A stretch of 16,327 bases of DNA from Vitrella brassicaformis CCMP3155 (taxonomy: Eukaryota > Protista > Chromerida): the NCBI GenBank assembly GCA_001179505.1, contig CDMY01000931.1, forward strand, positions 1 to 16,327, in the 5' to 3' direction. Numbering within the stretch: the stretch's first letter is position 1; each line of letters opens with the position of its first letter. Shown here in pieces: positions 1-9,020 of the stretch. The position numbers and the translations under genes are program-made. The notes below the pieces were generated by a model, which did no database searches, was not told where the DNA came from, and saw nothing but the letters and a program-made list of their open reading frames with translations.

Positions 1-1
1 G

Positions 2-1027
2 CTGCCTGCCCGGCATGGCGGCACCGGCATACGTGACCCTCTCGACCGTACCGCAGCCGCCTACCCCGCTTCCCGCGCGAGCACCAAGGTGGTCTCCAAG
101 TCCGTTCAAGGCAAGGCTCCGTTCCACCCTGGCGACCATCGTGTTACCATCCGCCACGCCCTCACCCGGAGCAAGCAGCAGCAGGACGTCGCCCACAAGA
201 CTAAGAGGGAGGCCGTCCTGCCGCACATCGACCGCCGGCGCCATCGCGTCCTCTCCCACAGTGCCGAGTACAAGACGTCCGGCTGGCTGACCACCCTCGC
301 GTCGACAGACAACAACAACACTGGTCTTGATGCTGCGGAGTTTCGAGATGCCCTCAACATGCGTCACGGCCGTCACCCCCCCGGCCTCGCTGCACGCTGC
401 GACCACTGCAACCAGCCCCTCACCGTCGACCATGCACTGTGCTGCAAGCGGTACGGCCTGGTGATTCGTCGCCACAACGAGCTGCAGGACACTTTCGCCG
501 AGCTGATTGGGATGGCGTGGGGGGACGCTGGTGTGCGTCGGGAGGTGGTGTTGAAGGAGGGAGAGGAGGGGGAGGGCGGGGTCAGAGCGAACATCGTCGC
601 TCGGGGCGTGTGGGAGCGGCAGGCGGCTGCGTCGTTTGACATCTGTATTACGGATCCTGACGCAATGTCTTACGCTTCCAAGAACCGATCGACCAAGTCC
701 ATCCTGAAGCAGCACGAGACCGCCAAGAAGAAGAAATACCGCTCGGCCGTCTGCGACTCCCGCGTGACCTTCTGCCCTCTGGTGGTGACGTGTGACGGTG
801 TGTGGGGACACGATGCCAACGTGTTCATCGCCCACATGGCTCATGCGCTGTTGGAGAAGGAGGGGTGGAAGGGTCGGGGGTTCAGTCATGTGTCTGGATG
901 GATTCGCTCTCGCTTGTCTATCGCCCTCGCGCGTGCGACTAGCTTCTGTCTGCGTGGGGGAGGGAGGGGAGGGTTTGCAGGACTGGGGTGTGCTGATGGG
1001 GCGGGGATTGATCCCTCCTCCCCTTGA
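2..1027 (+). mobile_element. 3' part of a CRE-like non-LTR retrotransposon ORF (post-RT linker, CCHC knuckle, restriction-like endonuclease); open from the window edge
   Basis: The frame is open from base 2 (LPARHGGTGIRDPLDR...) into ORF 89..1027. Motifs in order: GWL, EFRDAL, CDHCNQPLTVDHALCC knuckle, RHNE, VRREV, RANI (normally RAD), FDICITDPDA, E-x2-K-x2-KY, FCPLVVTCDG, terminal RLSIALARATSFCLRG. This order is typical of RLE-clade LINEs. Confidence 0.9.
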
Positions 1028-1954
1028 GCGTTTGACTCTGCGTGCTCATGGGACTGTATTTGTATGAGTATCACGGACACACAGACGAGTGTTACGGTTA
1101 ATGCAAGTTGTCTCTCTTCATTCTTTACCACAATTCTCTATAGTGACATTCGAGTTGTATCACGTTTGCCCTGGATATAGCTCGACTTTGGCTACAAATC
1201 TGATTCCATTTTTCCTGGCTTTTTCCTGGCAATGGCCGATCATACTCATCGGCCGCAATCACCTGAGTGCTCACATTGCTCGCGTAGCTCAGTACAGCTC
1301 GATGTTTTCCACCCATTGAGACCAATATATACTCTTGAGCTGCAGCTTGATCATCTGCTCCCCCCGCTCCGCCTCCACTCGGTTTCCGTCGCCCTTCATC
1401 GTGTGGTTTTCTTTGATCAAGTGAGCCTTCTTGTCAATCGACTCGTGTGCTTGCGTATTTAGGAGGCCATACGGGGGTGTCTTCCCGTCCATCGACCGGA
1501 CTAGGTGTGAGAGCACACGATTCTCGAGTAGATGCGTCGACGGCGTGTAGATGTTGAGCCGCTCTACTTTGGCGGAGTAGTAGAGACATTAGAATCGGAG
1601 ACAGCGAATGAGCAGAGACACGTACGGCAAATGAAAAAGATGCACTAACATTGTCAAGCCAAAGACCTTCATCTGCCAGAGATAGCGACGGATAGCCGGA
1701 CCCTACCTTCATCCTCTCCCTGAGGATTTCCCCGGGACTCCCCGCCGTTTCCGTTGCTGCTGCTGCAGTGGCATCGGACGCTGTGCTGTCTGTTATGGGG
1801 GAGACACCGCAAGAATGGGGACTTGGACTTGGAATGTAGATGAAGGACTTGACCTACCGACCCGACCCGTCAGTCAGTCGCTACGACAAAACGACTCTCA
1901 TACGTAAATCAGCGTGTGTGAGCAAAGCAGAACACTCTCCCTCATCCCCTGCGT

Positions 1955-2936
1955 CTAGTCGACAATCAACTGCGCAAAGTCCATGTAAGCCCCCTGAGCC
2001 AAACTGTGAGGAAATGCCTCCTTCCTGCCTGTCTGTATGACCCCTTGCAGCGAGTGCAGCATCTTCATTTTCCACAGTGCCGCCACATAATCGGACTTAT
2101 TCAGCTCACATTCGCCAGTGTCTTCGAAGAAGAAGAATGTCTCGCACGTATCGCTGTCCGCACATGCCCTGCCGCAATCGTTGACGGTTGCCACGTCCAC
2201 CACGGGGCTCTCCCGCCCCGGCTTTGGTCTGGCCAGGTGTTGTCTCAGACTGATGTCGGGCTGGTAGCAGCGCCAGGGCACTGACCCGGCGGGAGGGGAT
2301 AGAGCACCAGCACCAGCCGGCTCATCGTCGGACGACAAGACCATTGGGCGTCGTACGACGCTCTGTGTGTTCTGCACCTTTTGTGGCCCACCCTTGAGCG
2401 TCTTGGAGGGCCTGAGACGCTTGCCATCGCCCTTAACGGGTACCACACGCACATACAAGTCACAGTGAAGTCATCCGCGACCATGGCGTCCGCGAGTTCC
2501 TTAAGTGTGATGATTTCCTCGAAGGCGGTCTTGTTGCGCTCGATCAGTGGTTTGCCGAGAGGAGATGGCGCCACTTGCTGATGCCTTGTTAAAGAATATC
2601 CGAAGAGACGGAGAGAGGAGAAAAAAGGTTGATTGAAGGTACGTACCTGTAACCGCATTGAACGAGAAGTGGATAGTCCAGCAAGGCCCCGACCGGTGTC
2701 CGTGTTGGCGTCGCTGCAGAGAAGCAGCCTGGGCCGCTCCGCCGAGGACCCCTCCCTGAGGTGCAGCAGCTGACCTCGATGGGCAACAAAGCCCTCGAAC
2801 TCGCGGACGATCCTGGCCTCCTCCTCGTATGTGACTTCCGTAAAGAAGGGCCCAACCTTGCCCCAAGTTATCAGCACGGTTGGGGGATTGCCTCTGTGGA
2901 AGATTGGAGACGGGACCCATTCAGCGATTCACTCAC
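1955..2936 (-). pseudogene. Decayed spliced gene with a MATH/TRAF-like segment followed by a PAN/Apple-like cysteine segment
   Basis: Two intron-like segments: 2936-2894 (GTGAGT...TTCCACAG, 43 nt) and 2646-2585 (GTACGT...pyrimidine tract...AAG, 62 nt). Peptide pieces from different frames join through frameshifts (ITWGKV.., LLLC.., WTIHFSFNAV, FEEIITLKELADAMVADDFTV/DLYVRV). A later piece reads CYQPD...DCGRACADSDTCETFFFFEDTGECEL. Domain calls are by eye. Confidence 0.4.
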
Positions 2937-3515
2937 GGCAGCAGATAGACATGACGCAAATTCTTACTCTCCGTTGTCGACCATTTGGACGCCTCCGCAA
3001 CAGGGGCTGATGAGCCTACATGAAGGAGCGACCATTCCGTCCTCCTCCCTCTCGCCCTCTCTCAGGTTGGTTACTTCATGGGGTGCGTGAAGGACCACAC
3101 TTTCGTGGCGGTCATGTTTTTTGGCTCCAACTGCAGCCCGAGCACCCGAGAGAGTCTCCCTGTCCCGACGGTAAACATGTTCCTGTTGTCATACCTGCAC
3201 TCCACACATGTATATACACATGTATACACTCCTCCCGTGTGCAGTGCCGCTGACATGAGAATGTTGCCGTCCGACAGCTGCTGCGCAGGATGTTGTCCGA
3301 AGAACGGAGGGTCCATGAAAGTGAAGTCACTACATGGCAGGCGAACAGAAGGGGATGCAGACTCATATGAAGGCGATGCTACTGCATAGAAAAATGCAGA
3401 CGCATATGGGCAGCAATGGGGGGGGAGAGATAATTGACAGATGGCATCCATGCACTCGCTTGTCCAAATCGCCTCCATGAATCTATCCACATATGCCTAT
3501 GCACAAAGGGCACGC

Positions 3516-4260
3516 TCACTCATCCGATGAGAACACCCCAGCCCCGTCCATCGCCCCAACACCACGCCATGACTGCCTCCCGCCCCTCAAACACAGGCTA
3601 GCAGCCCGCACCAATGCAACAGACAAACGAGCACGCAGCCACCCANNNNNNNNNNNNNNNNNNNNNNNNNNNNNNNNNNNNNNNNNNNNNNNNNNNNNNN
3701 NNNNNNNNNNNNNNNNNNNNNNNNNNNNNNNNNNNNNNNNNNNNNNNNNNNNNNNNNNNNNNNNNNNNNNNNNNNNNNNNNNNNNNNNNNNNNNNNNNNN
3801 NNNNNNNNNNNNNNNNNNNNNNNNNNNNNNNNNNNNNNNNNNNNNNNNNNNNNNNNNNNNNNNNNNNNNNNNNNNNNNNNNNNNNNNNNNNNNNNNNNNN
3901 NNNNNNNNNNNNNNNNNNNNNNNNNNNNNNNNNNNNNNNNNNNNNGCAGCTCGTTGGCGTCCTGGGGGAAGGCGGGCGACACCGTCGTCGAAGCGCTCCT
4001 TGGCCTGTGCGTCCGCCCGCCTCTTCCCCTCGTGAATGGCCGTGTGCATCTGAAGGCGGTGGATGGACGGGTCGAAGGGCTGGTCTGGGTGGGTGCCATG
4101 CTGAATGGCGGTGGTGAGCACGTTGGTGCCCTGGACGGACGTCTTGTACGCCTCAGCGACCCGCTCGGTCGGGTCGCGCACCCCTGTGCCGCCATGCCGC
4201 GCCGGCAGCAGCATGACTGCGGCCTCGGCATCGTATATGGGCAGCAATCGGTCCCTGTTA
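3516..4260 (-). mobile_element. Second CRE-like RLE non-LTR retrotransposon fragment, related to but diverged from the 2-1027 copy; middle lies in an N gap
   Basis: LLPARHGGTGVRDPTERVAEAYKTS matches LPARHGGTGIRDPLDRTAAAYPAS of copy 1. The C-terminus GWLRARLSVALVRAASLCLRGG..G.G..DGAG matches GWIRSRLSIALARATSFCLRGG..G.G..DGAG. The 5' boundary is approximate. Confidence 0.85.
3646..3945. other. Assembly gap (300 N)
   Basis: Run of exactly 300 N. Confidence 1.
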
Positions 4261-5121
4261 GTGACATACTTTGTTCTGCCGCCCATGCGCCACAGAATTC
4301 TGCCCGTCTTGCCGCTGTGAGGAGGGGGCGTCTGGGGGCCTGTGATCCCGTCAAGCCGGCCAGCGCGTCCTCGCAGAGGGAGTCAGACAGACTCAAGACC
4401 TCAAACCTCTGGATGGGGGACCCGTGTATGTGCGCCAAAGGGGCAGGCAGCAACAATACAGCCATCGGTGTCTAGTGGTGTCACGGGATCATCCGTCAAA
4501 TGTGTGCCGTGAGTGCCTCGAGATTTGCAGCGAATATGAAACGCTCGTTGATGGGCGCTCGACGCCACCGTGGGCGGGCCGCACCATCCAATGTCCACAC
4601 ACATATGCACCCAGGCTCATCCATCGTCCATCAAGCATGGAACATGCACCAGGGTGGATGGACAGGACACAACTCGCCAGCGAGGGCGGAGCTGATTGGT
4701 CAGTCAGTCGTATCCATCCAACCCCGCTTTTGTACGAACATACCCCCGCAATTGACCATGAGAGGCATCGCCAGATGGGCAGATCACCTGCCGAACTGCA
4801 GACAGGCGCTGGGCGAAGCCCTGCAGCTCTGAATGCAGCCAGCAACACATGAATCCCCACATCACAGCTGGGTGAAGTCGTGTCTCCCTGCATGCAGCCC
4901 CAAAAGGGTGCAAAGCAGGGCCGACAGGGGGAAGAATCATGCCTCACATGAGTCGGTTGCATCAAGGAAGGGGGAGACACGAAGATCATGGACAGAAAAC
5001 ACATAGATCTTGGGTCTGGGAGGATGGATGGGAGCCCAAGGTGCGACGCACGACGAGCAGGGCAATCCAGCTGGGGAAATACCCCGGCGGACTCAGCCTC
5101 TCGACAGGGAGAGCCCCTTCT

Positions 5122-5174
5122 CTGCGCGGATGCGTACCCCCGGAAACTGCGCGGATGCGTACCCCCAGAAACTG
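5122..5174. repeat. 25-bp tandem repeat, two copies plus a partial
   Basis: ctgcgcggatgcgtacccccggaaa (5122-5146) and ctgcgcggatgcgtacccccagaaa (5147-5171) differ at one base and are followed by ctg. Confidence 0.9.
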
Positions 5175-5725
5175 TCTGGCGCCCATCCGCAGTGGCCAGC
5201 TGCCAGGGCACGACCTCTCACCGGACGACAGTACACAGTGCCCCAGTCCTTCGCGGGATGCGTGCCGAATGACCTTGCCCGCCTGCTTTCATGCGGTGCT
5301 GTCGTGCAACTTACCTGCGGCAATGGGTGGACGTCTTGCTGCCCCGGAGGGCTCAGAGTGGCAGGCCTGAAGCCATGTAGGGGGAAGGCGGAAAACGTCA
5401 ATGCCGTACGGTAACGTTAAATCGAAGGCAGATGGTCTTTCCACAACGATGAAAACGTCAAAAGCACTCCAAAACCACGAAGACGATGCATGTACGAGAC
5501 AACGAGACAAAAGAAACGATCGAGGAGTAAGCATGAGGTGCATTCATGCTTTCTTGGCATGTACTCGCGCGTGCAAGGCCCCACTTTGTCTGTCTTCCCC
5601 TCCCCCCAGCACAACGAGTCTTCAGACGGCTTTCCAACTGCAATTTGTGCCAGTGTGCGACTGCGATATTGTCTCTTTCCTACTCTTTCCTATGAACATT
5701 GACCTATTGAAGCTTGCCGTTCGAA

Positions 5726-5755
5726 GCCCCCTCCCCCGTTCAAGGGGGAGGGGGC
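5726..5755. repeat. Perfect 12-bp inverted repeat with a 6-nt loop
   Basis: gccccctccccc-gttcaa-gggggagggggc. Confidence 0.9.
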
Positions 5756-6143
5756 GACATTGCACGGTGCGCACAAACATCTGACTTCACAGGATGTGCT
5801 TTCACTGCAATCACCCATCAAAAACAGTCGATTCCCGGCTTCTGGACCAGTCCTACGCTAATGACTGAGTCCTTTTCATCCGCTCTCCCCGGATCCTTGC
5901 AAAATACAGTCAGATTGTTGAGGCTCCTGCATCCTCCCTTTCACGATCTACCCTAAACCTCAGCCCGTGGCCAATCGCGATCATCATCGTGTATATACGA
6001 CTTTGGTGCGACATTTTGCCTGGTGTCCCTTCCCGATCGCCTCCCATTACTCGGGGGCCCCTCCCCCCTCGTAACCGTTCGTCGAGCCGCGTTCGCGGCG
6101 AGGCCCATCTAGACGCGTGCATGCTAGCCATGCGCAAACGGGC

Positions 6144-6203
6144 AGCTGGGGGCGAGACTTGGCCGGGCGAGACGCTCGGCGGCCAGGTTTCGCCAGCCCA
6201 GCT
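6144..6203. repeat. Imperfect 60-nt rod-like hairpin
   Basis: AGCTGGG/CCCAGCT, GGCGAGAC/GTTTCGCC, TTGGCC/GGCCAG and GGGCG/CGCTC pair in nested order with two small bulges and G-U pairs. Confidence 0.75.
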
Positions 6204-6285
6204 ATTGTACATCTTCAGCTGACTGATTTCTAGCCTACTGATACCTTTCCTCCGCTACCGACAGCCTCGCCCGTCCAGCCCGTGC

Positions 6286-6352
6286 ATGGGCGACAAGAAG
6301 CCCAAGGATGGCAAGAGTGGAGGCAGCAGCGAAACCACCGCAGCGCCCATAG
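6286..6352 (+). CDS. Possible first coding exon of an unidentified host gene (MGDKKPKDGKSGGSSETTAAPI)
   Basis: ATG, an N-terminal-like charged low-complexity peptide, then AG|GTACGC donor at 6353. Candidate acceptors with pyrimidine/GT-rich tracts end at 6660 and 6879. No product is recognisable. Confidence 0.3.
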
Positions 6353-7142
6353 GTACGCNGCACAAACAGATAGAGATCTGCCCAATGCGCACGGCTGCGC
6401 CGTCAGATCAGATAGATCTCGTGTGCATACGCCCTCGGGCATGGATGCTTTGTATAGAGAATGGCTCACCGACACCTTTCGTGTCGGGTTCTTGCCTTCT
6501 GTGTGGGCGCACTCAGTTTTGCCGGCCGTCGGCTCCTGGGAGCCATCGGGGCCTCTGAGTGGTTCAGGCACACAAACACCGAATGGTAAGAGGGCACGCG
6601 CACGGCTTAGCCGTCACTATGTGCAGCGCATCTTCCTCTCTCGTGTGTGTATGTGTTCAGACAGTGGGCGGGGCGTGGCCAGCAGCGCCATAGGTGGCGC
6701 ACGCACGTTGGTGGAGAGGGAGGGCCATGCAGCAGGCATCTCTCTGGCCAGCGCCGGCCTCTCTGCCTTTGTGCGCGTCACTGACGCTTGTTCCTGGCGT
6801 GAGGGGCGAGATCAGCCTCAGCATCCGAACACAGACATGTGAGCAGCAGGGAGAGACCCATTTCTGCATGTCTGTTCAGGTTAAGGCTGGATCGGCAGCC
6901 CTCGGCAGGCACCCATTGCAACAACGGCTGCTGCCGGCGCCCTTGCCCTGAGTCCGTAGACTAGGTAGAAAGAGATGAGTGGGATAGTGATGGTAGGTAG
7001 GGGATGGTTGGTTGTGTCTGTGTCTGAGGGCGTTTGAATGGAGGACAAGAGAACCGTGCGTGCATACATGGATGCAGTCGCAGTCAAGTTCATTGTCCCA
7101 TCGTCCATCAGTCTCAAGTCGACTGGCCACTCAGAGACACAA

Positions 7143-7801
7143 GGTCACCACATAACAGAACACGCACGCGATGTCAAGCACAGTATCAGCGAGGCGCGTC
7201 AGCCACGCAGAAGTCGAATCGACTCTCTCTCTCGTCTTGAGAGTCGCCAGGGAAGGTCGTTCGGAACGACGGGAGTGCTGGAGGGGAAGCAGAAAGGTGA
7301 GAGGCAAGATCACTATCAGATCTCGCCAGGGATTACTGGGATGGCCACCAGTCGTGATGGGAACAACAAAGAAAGGCTAGAATGATCACCGGAAGGAAAA
7401 ACAAACGAAAGAACGCTCGTTTGTTGTAGATTGGTAAGTTCGTAGCCGAAAATCTGCTGAGCTCGCTCGATCTCCCTACCAGCTCGCAAATGAGCGATGT
7501 GGAAATTCACATCGCCTTTTTGGCGAGCTTTTCCTTCCGTTTCTCCCCGCCCTAAGCACTGTGCGTACATGTGGGAGGATGGCTCGGGAGAGCCGTGTCC
7601 TTCCACTTTTATGCCAAACGCACCAACGAGGAAGCAACAGTGGCAGGAAGGCCGCGCGCTGATGGATGGAACGACAATGGCGGCCCAGAGTCTTCCCTCC
7701 CTTCATCAGCGCAGCGGTAAACATCACGACATGCGCACGAGAAACCCCTTTATTCACTCCCATACACATCATTGACCTGTCATCTCATGCACCCTGCAAC
7801 A
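7143..7801 (-). repeat. 3' LTR (start well supported, end uncertain)
   Basis: Begins TGTTGCAGGG at 7801, directly after the PPT. A 16-nt exact match (gaacacgcacgcgatg, 7158-7173) to 15026-15041 at the edge of the upstream gap places the other end near 7143-7158. Confidence 0.65.
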
Positions 7802-7814
7802 TTTCCCTCCCTTC
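7802..7814 (-). other. Polypurine tract (GAAGGGAGGGAAA)
   Basis: 13 purines on the minus strand, immediately followed by TG, about 410 nt after the pol stop. Confidence 0.85.
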
Positions 7815-8223
7815 ACGTGCTGAGCTCCGAGCAGCACTTATTCTATTCGTGCAGGGTGCACGTGACGCATGGTGCCTCACTGATCATTTATACACTGACA
7901 TGCACACCTACAGGCACGCTTACATGCACACCTACATTCACATTCCACGCACAAACTCCTGCTTCGCCTTGGGCACGGCCCAACCCATCAATGAGCGTCC
8001 CTCAGTGTTCTGGTGATTGGCGACGAGGACCGGCTGCTGTGCAGCGCCCTTCTCAAAGGCATGGGAGTCCTCGTGCTCTTGCGGCAAAGCAACTAGCAGA
8101 CAAACACTATCACGCAATCCTGTCCACATGTAAACTACCTAACCTGCCCCCAGGCCCCACGAAATGCATGCAACTCAACGAAATGGAGCAGGGAACACCT
8201 TGAGAAACACCGACACGTCTTCT

Positions 8224-9020
8224 CTATTCGTCCATCGACTGGGGCTTGTCCTCCTCCTGCTGCTGCTGTGGCGCTTCCAGTCCATCCTCGCACTCATCTC
8301 TTTCCTTCTCCCATTGGAAGAACCGGAGAAAGTCAGCCAACGATATGGTGCACTTCATACCCACCAGGCTCTGCTTCTTCAACCGCTTTGTTCGTGTGGG
8401 TTCTCTCAGATAATGCAGCTCAATGCCATCTTTGTCCAACCGCGTCACCTTGACAGTGTGCTCACGAGTGAGCTCCTTGACGTGACGGATCCTCACAGTG
8501 GAATACAATGCGGGAAGCAGCGAATCGTCCCGAAGGTCAGAGCCACTCTCACGATTCTCATAGTCTTGCACGAGCTCTCTGCAACTCAGGCTGCTTTCGT
8601 CTTCCCAGGTGGCATGTGATAAGGGATACCACCGCCACTTGAGCTTGTATTGCACCTTGCCTCTGTGCGTCCTCTTGCCGACAATCGCTTCCACTTCATG
8701 CACAACACCCTTTTCGAAGCGTGGGTCTGGCTGAATGTCTCCCAGGCATAAGTCATCCTCGCCTAGACCAGCAGCTCCTTCACGTCTCCCTTCGCTGTCC
8801 CTCTTTGCGGCTGGCACACGGTCTTGCCCGACAGCAAAGTCCTTCAAGAGATCATCTTGGTCAGGGGTCAAGAATGCGTCCTGATTGAAAACTGTCTGCC
8901 TTCTATCCCTTCGCAACAAGCCGCTGGAGACCTCAACAGCTCTCTCATCGTCTATGTGCTGCTCCGACGACGATGTCGCAGCCTTCAGCCGATCAACGTT
9001 CAGATTCTTGGCCTTCGCCG
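8224..9020 (-). pseudogene. pol: pol C-terminal fragment: end of integrase C-terminal region, linker, chromodomain (about 8554-8700) and an extra ~70-aa domain (about 8305-8511)
   Basis: NVDRLK (integrase C-terminal motif) is followed by HEVEAIVGKRTHRGKVQYKLKWRWYPLSHATWEDESSLSCRELVQDYE, a clear chromodomain pattern. It joins the upstream integrase through a frameshift near 9015-9025. Confidence 0.88.

Noticed and set aside
3188-3230. acacatgtatatacacatgtatacac palindrome cluster
   Set aside because: Low-complexity CA/TA repeat typical of intronic sequence.
4700-4920. MQGDTTSP in ORF 4489..5211 (-) as the RT QGDPLSP motif of RLE copy 2
   Set aside because: No YADD/YLDD motif follows in any frame I read, and the region has intron-like CATC/CA repeats.
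5122-5174. CRISPR-like array
   Set aside because: Adjacent copies have no spacers, there are only two units, and the context is eukaryotic.
5726-5775. Helitron 3' end at the GC hairpin
   Set aside because: No CTRR terminus lies at the expected distance on either strand.
7143-7152. TGGTGACC on the minus strand as a tRNA-Trp PBS of a second tandem element
   Set aside because: The match covers only about 8 nt, and no gag follows downstream.
7815-8223. env-like third ORF after pol
   Set aside because: Only short ORFs are present, with no signal peptide or transmembrane pattern.
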